Shown here: positions 52,257-64,000 of the stretch, piece after piece
How positions within the stretch are numbered: position 1 is the first letter of the stretch
How the letters are laid out: each line of letters starts with the position of its first letter
Assembly: GCF_963921235.1 (NCBI RefSeq)
Contig: NC_086097.1
Location: forward strand, 131,008,001-131,072,000
Source of the DNA: Mobula hypostoma
Lineage: Eukaryota
Direction of reading: 5' to 3'
DNA: 64,000 bases
The notes under the pieces: model-generated
The model's input: only the letters and a program-made list of their open reading frames with translations
What the model was told of the DNA's origin: nothing
The model's database searches: none
Program-made: the position numbers and the translations under genes

Positions 52257-52767
52257 AAGTACTTGCACAAGCTCTGACTGGACTGCAAGGGGGGAAATCT
52301 CTGCTGATCTCCAGCCAATGCTGTTCCCTCCATAATCGCCACCATTTGTTTCTCCACTGCCCTCCGTTAACTACTTGCTGTCCTACTCCGCACAAATTGC
52401 TTGTGTTTTTCAGTAAACAATGGTGATTCCACTGAGGCCAGAAGCTGAGTCCTGGAGATGTGAAATACTTACAGTACATAAGCAATGTGACATGATGGAA
52501 GAATTGGTCTTCTGGATTTTTTCTTTAATGAATATGGTACCAGAGGAACTCCGGCTCTATTGTTAACTGTACATAAATCAGAGCTTAAGGTATGACAACG
52601 TACTTGCAATTTAATTGTCTGGGCAGCTTGGAGAATTTGTGGACCTTCATGTGCTTGTTGTCTTTGTCCTTTCAACTGGTAATAAGCAAGATATTGTTCA
52701 GCTTGCAAGTACTGCCAAAACATTGGTAAGCTGTTGTTGTGTGAAAACTAGCCAATGCATTTCCAAA

Positions 52768-53023
52768 CAACACACACAAAATGCTGGAGGAACTTAGCAG
52801 ACCAGGCAGCATCTATGGAAAAGCATACAGTCAATGTTTCGGGCCGAGACCCTTCAGCAGGACTGGAGAAAGAAATATAATTTCTCCAGTCCTGCTGAAG
52901 GGTCTTGGCCAGAAACATCAACTGTACTCTTTTCCATAGATGCTGCCTGGCCTACTTCGTTCCTCCAGCATTTTGTGTGTGTTGCTTGAACTTCCACCAT
53001 GTGCAGATTTTCTGTCGTTTGTG
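52768..53023. mobile_element. Penelope-derived head-to-head hairpin insertion with two back-to-back hammerhead motifs (second subfamily)
   Basis: 14-bp TSD aatgcatttccaaa (52754-52767 and 53024-53037). Arms 52768-52871 and 52881-52984; 9-nt loop. Cores CUGCUGA...GAAAC at 52828-52865 (-) and 52887-52924 (+). Confidence 0.92.
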
Positions 53024-53125
53024 AATGCATTTCCAAATGCTGCATCAATGACTGTGCCTCAAAGTAACTCCATATGGAGATTGGGTAACACAGTTTTTTT
53101 TTTCCACAGAAAGGGATGAGTCATA

Positions 53126-53766
53126 ATAAGAACATAAGAACATAAGAAATAAGAGCAGGAGTAGGCCATCTGGCCCATCGAGCCTGCCCCGCCATTCAAT
53201 CTTCCTGCCTTTTCCCCATAACCCTTAATTCCCCTACTATGTAAAAACCTATCTAACTGTATCTTAAATATATTTAGTGAAGAAGCCTCAACTGCTTCCC
53301 TGGGCAGACAATTCCACAGATTCACCACCCTCTGGGAAAAACAGTTTCTCCTCATCTCCATCCTAAATCTTCTCCCCTGAATCTTGAGGCAATGTCCCCT
53401 AGCTCTAGTCTCACCTACCAATGGAAACAACTTTCCTACTTCTGTTTTATCTATCCCTTTCAAAATTTTGTATGTTTCTATAAGATTCCCTCTTATTCTT
53501 CTGAATTCCAGAGAGTATAGTCCCAGGTGATTCAATCTCTCCTCATAGGTTAACCCCTTCATCTCTGAATTAACCTGGTGAACCTCCTCTGCACTGCCTC
53601 CAAAGCCAGAATATCCTTCCTCAAGTATGGAGACCAGAACTGCACACAGTACTCCAGGTGCAGCCTCACCAGTACCCGGTATAGTTGAAGCATGACCTCC
53701 CTGCTCTTGAATTCAATCCCTCTAGCAATGAAGGCCAACATTCCATTTGCCTTCTTAATAACCTGT
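53126..53766 (-). mobile_element. Young 5'-truncated CR1
   Basis: KKANGMLAFIARGIEFKSREV...; tail (ataagaac)3. Confidence 0.92.
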
Positions 53767-54559
53767 AGTACGTGTAAGTCACACCGATGACAAAATTCAT
53801 TTAATTCACATAGCACAATTTATCCACACAATACCAAAGTATTTCACCACATCCACTGGTCAACGTACAAACTCAAAAAATCATGCTCATTCAGGATTAC
53901 ATCCCATTTGATCTTATAATCCTGGATGTATGTACAAAACATTAGAAAGACGTAATCCACCATCTTACTGTACAAACCCAGAGGATCAAAAGAACTTTCC
54001 TATGAGGAGGAAAACAAGGTTATTTATTAGATAGGCTAACAAATTTGTTATGCACTATGAAAAAATATGTAAAGAAGTTAACCACATACCATATTCCCCC
54101 CCCCCAAAAAAACATTTTGAACATTCTGCTTTTAAACATCCAAAACTCCACTCATTAACACCTTGCAAAAATGGTTGGAAATGCAATAAATGCAAGCGCT
54201 ATGTGTCAATAGAGAAGAGACCAAATCTTCTAAGATGACCACAAAGTAATGTTATCCACAGCACATCACAGATTTGTTATTGCTGATTTATAACTACGTC
54301 AACTTTAAAATTTGGAGATATGTCACAAAAGCTTTATGAAATTGTGTCTGAGCAACAGAATTGTATATAGTGAGTTACATACCGTACTAAGAAACACTAC
54401 GGCCAATATTTGGGAACTGGCTTTTAAATATTCTGTCTTTGAGGCTATATGTGTGAGCCAGTGTTATTAAAAAGACTACAAAGATAGGAAATGCAATGAT
54501 TTTTATGAACATTAGATTCTGAAAGAGTATTGGCAATCAGAAAGCAGTATTTTTAAAGC

Positions 54560-55690
54560 TACTACTTAACATGGAAGGAGAAGAAATATGAAGCCATAGT
54601 TTTGTGATCCTGACAGCAGATTTCAGCATTTTGCTGACATCTATCATCACAGCTATGATAGAGTGTTTAGATAACAAAATTAATAAAGACAGGCAACGTG
54701 GCTTTAGAAGAGGCAAGTTGTACTTGACAAAACAAAGAATATTTTAAGGAAGCAAGTAGTGAGGAAAGATGAGAAGGGAAAATAAAGGTGGGAGTAATAT
54801 TCTTGGATTTTCCAGAGAACTGTTAAAGGGTTAATTGGGTTAGAGCTATGATTAGCATGAAGAGGTATGGATTAATACACAAAAGACATGGAGATAAACA
54901 TGTCATTTTTCAGGCTGATAAACTGTTACCAGTGGGGTGCCATAGGGATCAGTCCTGAGCCTTCAACTATTCACAATTTAAATTAACAACTTAGAAGAAA
55001 AATGTATCCCCTCTAGCTTGCTGTTGACAGCAACCTGTATTAGAATGATTCGAAGAGCTGACAAATCAACAAAACCTGTTAATAAGTAATACGTAGTAAC
55101 ACTGAATTTGTGCACCTTAACAAAACTACCACAGAAATTAAATGTTTTACAATAAATATTCATGATAGATGGATCTTAGTATCGCAAGACGTGAAAAGTA
55201 AACATAGGTGCACAATTAGGTGATTGGAATATTAAAGGTAAAAATCTTGCTGAGTCTGTAAAGGACATGTGAGATCTCATTTGAAGTACCCTGTACAGTT
55301 GGTCTAAACCGAAAGACATATTTACTTTGGAGTCAGTGCAATGTAGATTCAATAAATTGATTACTAGATGACAATTGTCTTATGAGAGAAGATGGAGTAC
55401 AAGTGCTTGTTTTTCCAAATTACAATCACTGATGCAAAAAAGATTCTAAGAGACTGACTGACACATTTGATGCCAGAAGACCCTTCCAGCTAACTGCAGA
55501 GTTAATCCAGAACTGCAGTAACACAAGCTTAGGATAAAGCATCAGCTACTTAAAACAAAGAGCTGCAAAAGTGCTGGAGTTACCTCAAAGCTGTGTGTGC
55601 CAACAATACGAATATTCAAGGCAGAATTGACTCCATGCCCAAAAATCTCTCAATGTCGATATGAATCTCAGGATAAGCCATGATCAAATT
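54560..55690 (+). mobile_element. Very old CR1 RT remnant
   Basis: caacgtggctttagaagaggcaag, accagtggggtgccatagggatcagtcctgagcc (TSGVP.GSVL.P). Confidence 0.6.
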
Positions 55691-57576
55691 CATCATGCTC
55701 AAAAAATCTTTCCAATGCTTCCATTGACCTTTCTACCAAAAGGCCTAACGTAGCTACAGTATGTACCATTAAATATTTTTTAAAATGTTAAAGAAACACA
55801 CAAAAGAAACTGTCTACAGCCACGCCAACTTCCTGATCATTTTTCTAAGACAGAAAGCCAGAATATTTGTAGGTCAGTTGCTCAGTTTGTTATGCACTTG
55901 AGAAGTGGAACTTAGAAATGTCTGCACTAGGTTCTGTTGACCACATGTGAGCAGCAACTTGTTGGAAATCAGTATCCAGTATTAACTGAGATATTCTGTT
56001 TAGGGGAAAAAAAATCAACTAAATTCCGCACATAGCACATAGAACATTGTCCTTTGACCTTTGAGAACCAAGATTGAACATCCAGCCAACACATATGGGA
56101 TTGAAGTTTTGCTCTCGACAGCTATTACAAGCTTAAGTGAAATCTAATTGGACAGCTTCAACACATTTCCCCCACAGTGCAACACACACATAATTGGGCA
56201 ATTTCTCTCAAGAGGCCACAGATGTTTTGTAAATGGAATGTCCTGTTGGTGTACTACAGGAATCATTTCCGGGCTTGGGGTTACAGCACAACATTATAGC
56301 AGATCAAAAAGGAAAAAAAGATTAACTTCTAGAGCATGGGGCTCCAAATAATTAGCAATAGGATGCTTGTTATGATGCTTTATGTAATTTTGCTCCCATG
56401 CAACTACTGAGATGAGTGTACATTAAAAAAAATTACAAGTGAAACAAAGACAAGACAATGGAAAATTAAACTGTGTGCTGTTAAATTCAAAAGTAAACTT
56501 AATGGACAAAGCAAGGACAGAATGTGCATGTACATTGGGGTACAAATTTCCTGCCTCAGAAAATGCAGCTCATCACGTCACTGAAAACTATTAAACATGA
56601 ATTTTCAAAGACCATGCTGTCAACTCACTCTGGATCATTTCTTCTTGTATAGTCACAAATACAAGATTTTTGACTATATGGTAGTCTGCACAGTACCATG
56701 ATCCTTACTATTCCTTTTCCGCCTGGGAAAGGGAGAGATGTGACAGAAACCCAAAGGGAAATTCTTTTGCATCCAAAGTGTAATCTGTAGATAGAATGAG
56801 CTTCCAGAGGAAATGGTAGAGGCAGGTATAATTACAACTTTTAAAAGACACCTGGACAGGTACATGAATAGAAAAGCTTTTGACAAGTGACATTACAACC
56901 AACTTAGAAAGGCCTCTTCATTAATATTGACCAGTCAGGCCAAAGGGACAATTTCCATTCTGTTGACTCCATGATTAACACAGACTGCATTGTATGCACA
57001 AAATAATAGATGAAAAAACACCGCTTACAATTTCCAAAAACATAGCAAGAATTTCTAAGTTCTCCATACACTAAGACAAGATGTATTATGACCATCCATT
57101 ACCCTCAATCTGTTGGCAGGGTTCCAAAATCATGGGTAAATATGACAAGTCTGTCATCTCTGGCACCGATACTCACACAGGTCTTCACTTCAAATATCGG
57201 CACTAGTTCATTATTGTCACACGTACCAAAATACAATTTGCAAGCCATCCATTCAGATAATTTGTAAATTCAAGTACCTTGAGATTGTACAAGGAAAAAG
57301 TAATAAGACTGTGGGATATATTATTTATGGTTACAGTTAGAGAAAATGCAGGGCAAACATCGTAACAAAGTACACTGAAAGGCCAAGATCAATTTTAAAG
57401 TACAGAGGTCCATACAGTAGTCTTAAAACAGCAGGACAGAAGCTATCTCAGGGCCTGCTGATGTGTGTTTTCAAGCTTTTCTATCTTCTGCCCAATGGAA
57501 AGGAGGGGGAAGAGGAGAATGTCAGGGTGAGAGGGGTCATTTATTATGCTGCTTGTCCAAGGCAGCACAATGTGTA

Positions 57577-59176
57577 CAGTGTCTTGAAAAAATATTCAGC
57601 CACCAACCCTTTGTTCACAGAAATAGGCATTACAACCAGGGATTTGGAGCAATTTAACTGAGAATTCTTATTTGTGAATCACATGCTCCTTTTTCACAGC
57701 AGAGCCCACCCCCCCCAAAAAAAAGAAAACAGGGAAAACTCTGGAGTATGAGAAATGGAAGATTCAAAAACTGAAATGTCAGCAGTTCCAAAGTGTTCAT
57801 CCCCCTTTGCTCAGTTGTACTACCTATTGCAACTATTACAGCCAGTAGTCTTTTTTGGATAAGTTTTCTATTAGCTTTGCACAATGAGATGGAGCAAGAT
57901 TCACCTATTCCTCCTGCAAAGTTGCTCAAGTAGTGCCAGGTTAGTTGGGGAGCTGTGGTGGACAGCAATTTTGAAGTCTTGTCTGAAACGTTCGATCAAG
58001 TTCAGGACTCTGACTGGGCCACTCATGGACATCAATTTTCTTCAATTGAAACCACTCCATGGTTGCTCTGACAGTGTATCTTGGGATGTTGTCCGCTGAA
58101 AGACTAAGTTCCTCCTCAGTTTAAGCTTTCTGGCAGAGGCTAGCAAGTTTTACCAGGATCTCTCTGTATTTAGCAGCATTCATCTTCACATCAATCCTGA
58201 CCAGATTTCCAGTTCTTGCTGCTGAAACCATCCCCATAACACAATGCTTCCTCCACCATACTTTATGATAGGGATGGTGTTACCTGGTTGATGCGCAAAT
58301 CTAGATTTACGCCACATGTACCACTAAAAAAAAAGCCTATCCTTGCCAAAAAGACTTTGCAAAGTGTCACTGAGAAGATACTGTTAAGATGTGGAAGAAT
58401 GTCCGATAAGACTAAAGTGGAACTCAGTGGCCACAACACTAAATAGTACGTGTGCCGTAAATCTAATACTGCACATCAGCCAGGTAACACCATCCCTACT
58501 GTAAAGTACGGTGGAGATAGCATCATACTATGGCATGCTTTTCAGCAGCAAGAACTGGAAATCTGGGCAGGATTGAAGGAAGGATGAATGCCACTAAATA
58601 CAGAGAGATCCTGGATAAAAACCTGCTAGCTTCTGCCAGAAAGCTTAAACTGGGGGCGAAATCTGTCTTCCAGTAGGACAATGACCCAAAGCACACTGCT
58701 AGAGCAACCATGGAATGGCTTGCAATGAAGAAAATTAATGTCCTTAAGTGGCCCAGAGTCCTGACCTTCATGTGATCAAACATTTCTGGTAAGACCTCAA
58801 GGTTGCTGTCCACCGCAGCTCCCCAGCTAACCCGGCAGAGCTTGAGCAATTTTACGAGGAGGAATGGGCAAATCTTGCTCCATCACATTATGCAAAGACA
58901 AAAGAGACTTAACCAAAAAGACTACCAGCTATAAGAGCTGCAAGTTTGTTCAGCTAAGCATTGAGCAAAGAGGTATAAACATTTTCTACTGCTGACATTC
59001 CAGTTTTTCAATTCTTAGTTTTTCATGTTTTACAATTTTCCGTTATTTTTAGCTCTACTGTTAAAAGGCCATGTGATTCACAAGTAAAAATATTGAGTTA
59101 AATTGATCAAAGTCCCTGGTTGTAGTACTCATTTACATGAACAGAGTTGGGGGCTGAATACTTTTTCAAAGCACTG
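57577..59176. mobile_element. Tc1-family DNA transposon derivative, 1600 bp, fold-back (two inverted copies of the 3' half)
   Basis: TA at 57575-57576 and 59177-59178. Ends CAGTG..TTGAAAAA.TATTCAGCC. Plus strand 58330-58945 gives a transposase remnant ([33 protein letters not shown]). The left arm 57577-58327 is its reverse complement. The host Rex1-type fragment resumes across the TA. Confidence 0.92.
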
Positions 59177-59729
59177 TAAATAGAGTCCATGGAAGGGAAA
59201 CTGGAACAGTTCCATATTGTAGAATCATGTCTCAAACTGTTACAGTGAGATTAATATTAACTAATCAACCAATTTTGTGACAAATTTTCTGAAATGCAAT
59301 TTTTTTTAAAAAAATAGGTTTTAAGTGTGATTAGGAATGCAAAATCATTTTGATTCCAACTAACTGCAACTTATCAGTTTGCATTGTATTTTGGGGGAAT
59401 TGCATACATTTAAGACAAGTCATAATAAAAATAGAGCAAATGACAATCTGCTGGAAAAACTCAGCAGATCGAGCTGTGGGAAAAACCTGTCAAGTTCTTG
59501 TAGCAGATTGTGCGTTGCTGCAGTTTCCAACATCTGCTCTTTCTTGTGTCATTAATAAGAATAGTAGCCCATTTCAAAAAAACCGGAACCTTTCCTATTT
59601 GGAGCTCCAAGCCACACCTTTTTAATATGATAGCACAATTGTTAAGTACAACAGCATCTAAATTACTTTTTATTCAAATTTAGTTCAGGTAGGTGAACAT
59701 GTTTGATCAATAACTTTGAATTTCCATAA

Positions 59730-59905
59730 TACATAGGAACAGAATTAGGCCATTTGGTCCATCGAGTCTGCTCCACCATTCAAATAGGGCTGATCCTGCC
59801 ACCACCCACCCCTAGCCCCACTCCCCAGCCTTCTCCCATAACTTTTGATGCCGTGGTCAATCAAGAACCTATCAATCACCACCTTATATCTGGTCTCCAC
59901 AGATG
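59730..59905 (-). mobile_element. CR1 3' end
   Basis: acataggaacagaattaggccatttggtccatcgagtctgctcc. Confidence 0.78.
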
Positions 59906-59989
59906 CCTGGGAATAATCAGCCCCAAATTGAGGATTCCCGTAGCTTACAGTCCAGTGATCAAGGCAAAACATAAAAACAGGGCTTATGT

Positions 59990-60515
59990 TTTTTTTCTTT
60001 CTTTTTAAATCTTTTTATTGAATAAGTATACAAAAGGTAAACCATATAAGCACTAATACACCGTTAGAAATTACAGGAGATATTAATACAGAAAAAAATT
60101 GATACAAACAGTGCAATTTAAACATAAAATAATGTAAAATAATAGTACACTAATTTTATATATATATATATATATATGTATCAATAGAGAAAAGGAAAAA
60201 AAACCACCGTGCAACTAAACTAAAAGCAAAGCAAAGCAATGGGCTAACTTGAAAACAGGTAGAGTTAAAGAACTTAAAATCATGTCCTCAAACCCGACCT
60301 CCATTAAAAACAGTTAAAAAAAGCAAGGAGGGAATATAAATATGAAACAAAAGAGGAAAAAATAATTACATTAAATGAAAATATTGAATAAAAGATCTCC
60401 AGGTCTGTTCAAATTTAAGTGAGGAATCATAAAGATTACTTCTAATTTTCTCCAAATTTAAGCATAATATCATCTGGGAAAACGAAAAAAAGGTAGTTGG
60501 AGCATTAGGCTCCAA
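59990..60515 (-). mobile_element. L1/Tx1-type 3' end (second family)
   Basis: Minus strand encodes ILCLNLEKIRS (compare CLDLEKIRC at ~37210), then an A-rich tail with AATAAA. Contains a (TA)n run at about 60156-60177. Confidence 0.75.
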
Positions 60516-60589
60516 CAATTTTACCATGTTTCAATGTAAATGTGACAATTCAGGATAATCTTTAAAAAGGAAGGAAAAGTTGAAGACAG

Positions 60590-61475
60590 TTAAAGTTCAA
60601 ATTAAATGTTATTCTCCAAGTACATACATGTCGCCATATGAAACATTCAGATTAATTTTCTTGTGTGAATACTCAACAAATCTATACAATGAATTTTTGG
60701 ACACTACCTCACTTATTTTAAATATACAGTATTTCTGTTTTTGCACGTTTTTTGATCTATTCAGTATACGTAATTGGTTTACTTGTTTATTTATTATTAT
60801 TATTTTATTTTTTTCTCTCTCTGCTAGATTAAGCATTGCATTGAACTGCTGCTAAATTAACAAATTTCACGTCACATGCCGGTGACAATAAACCCGATTC
60901 TGATTCTATAACAGAATTAATGAACGCCCATCCAACAAAGCAAGTCCACAGATTGTGGAAATATTTCAATATCAGGGCAAGTGAATTTGAGCGAAATTAT
61001 CCCCTTAGAGCCTGACGGTTGAGGTGTACTAACTGTTCCTGAAACAGCTGGTCCCTGATGATGGACACTCTGCTTTCCTGCGATAGTGTTTCATGTAGAT
61101 GTGCTCAATGGTTGGCAGAATTTTACCCATGATGGATGGGATGTGTCCATTCCTTTTGTCGTAGGATTTTCTGTTCAAGAATATTGGAGCTTCCATAACA
61201 GACAATGATGCAGCCAGTCAATATATTCTCCAATACACATCTAAATTTTTGTTGAACTTTTAGATGTCATGCTGAATATCCGCAAGCTTCAAAGAAGCAG
61301 AGACACTGCAGTGTTTCCTTCATAATTGTACTTATGGACCAAGCTCAAGGCAGGTCCTCCAAGAAAATAACACACAGTAATTTAAAGTTGTTAACCCTCT
61401 CTGTCTCTTATCCTCCGATGAAGGCTTGCTTATGTATCTCTGGATTCCTCCTCTTGCAGTCTATAATCAGCTCCT
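60590..61475 (-). mobile_element. Rex1/Babar-type 3' fragment with a nested opposite-strand tail (~60690-60908)
   Basis: Reverse complement resembles 13430-13530 and 48760-48880. The nested piece ends caataaacccgattctgattct. Confidence 0.65.
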
Positions 61476-61486
61476 TGGTTATTTAT

Positions 61487-61943
61487 ATTCCGTCTAAGTA
61501 GCCTCCAAACTGATGGCATGAACATTAACTTCTCTAACTTCCGCTAATGCCCCACCTCCCCCTCGTACCCCATCTATTATTTATTTATATACACACATTC
61601 TTTCTCTCTCTCTCTCCTTTTTCTCCCTCTGTCCCTCTGACTATACCCCTTGCCCATCCTCTGGGTTTTTCCCCCTCCTCCTTTTCTTTCTCCCTGGGCC
61701 TCCCGTCCCATGATCCTCTCATATCCCTTTTGCCAATCACCTGTCCAGCTCTTGGCTCCATCCCTTCCCCTCCTGTCTTCTCCTATCATTTTGGATCTCC
61801 CCCTCCCCCTCCCACTTTCAAATCTCTTACTAGCTCTTCCTTCAGTTAGTCCTGACAAAGGGTCTCGGCCCGAAACGTCTACTGTATCCCTTCCTAAAGA
61901 TGCTGCCTGGCCTGCTGCGTTCACCAGCAATTTTGATGTGTGT
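61487..61943 (+). mobile_element. 5'-truncated Penelope 3' end with a mutated hammerhead (CUGACAA)
   Basis: 15-bp TSD tccttggttatttat (61472-61486 and 61944-61958). Highly similar to 18490-18948. Confidence 0.9.
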
Positions 61944-62059
61944 TCCTTGGTTATTTATGTTCTCTATATTCACATAGCATTGTACTGCTACCATCAAGGT
62001 AACAAATTTCACGACATATGCCGATATTAAACTTGATTCTAATTCTATTGTGTATGCTT

Positions 62060-64000
62060 GCTACAAATTCACCACCCTCTGGCTAAAGAAATTCCTCATC
62101 TGTTTTAAATGGATGCACCTCTATTCTGAGGCTGCGCCCTCTTGTCCAAGACTTCCACACCATGGGAAACATCCTTTCCACGTCTACTCTGTAAGAGCTT
62201 TCACCATTTGAAAGGTTTCAATGATATCCCCCCCCCCCAATCCTTCTAAATTCCAGCAAGTACAGGCCCAGAGCCATCAAACATACCTCATATGATAACC
62301 CTTTCATTCCCAGAATCATCCCTGTGAACCTCCTCTGAACCCTCTCCAATGCTAGCACATCTCTAAGATCAGGAGTCCAAAACTGTTCACAATACTCAAG
62401 GTGATGCCTCTCCAGTGCCTTATAAGGCCTCAGCATCACATCCCTGCTCTTGTATTCCAGACCCCTTGATATGAATGCTAACATTGCATTTGCCTTCCTC
62501 ACCACCGACCCCACCTGCAAGTTAACCTTTAGAGTGTTCTGCACAAGGACGCCCAAGTCCCTTTGCATCTCAGATTTTTGGATTTTCTCCCTACTTAGAA
62601 AATAGTCTGTGCATTTATTTCTTCTACCAAAGTGCATGACTATGCATTTTCCAACATTGTATTTCATTTGCCACTTTGTTGCCCATTTTCCTAATCCATC
62701 TAAGTCCTTCTGTAGCCTTCTTGCTTCCCCAACACACCAGCTGCCCCACCACCATTCTTCGTATCATCTGCAAACTTAGCAACAAAGCAGTCTATTCAAT
62801 CATGCAAATCATTCATATACAGCATAAAAAGCAGTCCCAACACCGACCCCTGTAGAACACCACTAGTCACTGGCAGCCAACAAGAAAAAGATCATTTTAT
62901 TCCCACTCGCTGCCTCCTACCAGTTTGCCAATGCTTTAACTGTGCTAGTAACTTTCCAGTTAAACCATGGGTTCTTAACTTGGTAAGCAGCCTCATATGT
63001 GGCACCTTGTCAAAAGCCTTCTGAAAATCCAAATATACAACATCCACTGCATCCCCTTTATCTATCCTATTTGTATCTCCTCAAAGAATTCCAACAGGTT
63101 CGTCAGGCAAAATTTTCCCTGAAGGAAACCATGCTGACGTTCTCGTATCTTGTCCTGTGTCACCAAGTACTCCATAACCTCATCCTTAACAATCGACTCC
63201 AACAACTTTCCAACCACTAAGGTCAGGCTAACTGGTCTATAATTTCTTTTCTGCTGTCTCCCTCCTTTCTTAAAGAGTGCAGTGACATTTGCAATTTTCC
63301 AGTCCTTCAGAATCATGCCAGATCTAATGATTTTTGAAAGATCATTACTAATACTTCCACAATCTCTACCTTTACCTCTTTCAGAACCCTAGGGTGCAAT
63401 TTATCTGGCTTGGGTGACTTATGCACCTTTAGGTCTTTCAGTATTTTGAGCACCTTCTCCCTTGTAATAGTAACTGCACCCACTTCCCTCCCTCACACCT
63501 GACACACTGCTAGTGTCTTCCACAGCGAAGACTGATGCAAAATACTCATTTAGTTCATCTGCTATCTCCTTGTCCCCTGTTATTATTTATCCAGCCTCAT
63601 TTTCTAGTGGGCCTATATCCAATTTCACCTCTTTTTTTATATATATACTTGAAAAAGCTTTTTCTATCCACCTTGATATTGTTTACTAGCTTGTTTTCAT
63701 ATTTCATCTTTTCTCTCCTAATGATACTTTTAGTTGCTCTCTGTAGGTTTTTAAAAGCTTGCCAATCCTCTGTCTTCCCACTAATTTTTGCTTTGTTGTA
63801 TTCCCTCTCTTTGGCTTTTCCATTAGCTTTGACTTCCCGCGTCAGCCACAGTTGTACTATTTTGTCATTTGTTTTTGGAATAAATCTATCCTGTACCTTT
63901 TTCATTTTTTCCCAGGAACTCAAGCAATTACTGCTCTGCTGTCATCCCTGCCTACATCTCCTTCCAATTTATTTTGGCCAACTCTCACCTCTCATACCAC
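62060..64000 (-). mobile_element. CR1 ORF2 (RT) remnant, same family as 2982-5450
   Basis: DWKIANVTALFKKGGRQQKRNYRPVSLT...QHGFLQGKFCLTNLLEFFEE, MKYNVGKCIVMHFG. Confidence 0.9.

Noticed and set aside
52469..52723. 84-aa minus-strand ORF as a possible extra ATP9B exon
   Set aside because: No similarity to ATP9B and no convincing splice boundaries.

Overview
Eukaryotic, AT-rich, repeat-dense vertebrate DNA. The repeat families suggest a cartilaginous fish, probably a ray (inference from recall, no search run). The only host coding sequence I can support is a 174-nt exon on the minus strand (30032-30205) matching exon 2 of the P4-ATPase ATP9B, so the rest of the window appears to be ATP9B introns 1 and 2. 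The introns hold: many CR1 and Rex1/Babar-type LINE fragments; a near-full-length decayed L1/Tx1-type LINE; a 2.9-kb Tigger/pogo transposon; a 1.6-kb fully fold-back Tc1 derivative; a decayed ERV-like 5' end (LTR, tRNA-Pro PBS, gag MHR) with nested insertions; a solo LTR; and degenerate DeuSINE-like pieces. The most notable signal is a set of Penelope-like (Neptune-type) insertions whose 3' ends carry minimal hammerhead ribozymes. They occur as short units and head-to-head hairpins with 14-15 bp target-site duplications, and they terminate at only two recurring points, suggesting two fixed reverse-transcription priming sites. One subfamily has a CUGCUGA (A6C) catalytic core. Nearly all ORFs in the supplied track are TE fragments or antisense shadows. 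Repeat boundaries without a TSD or TIR are approximate.
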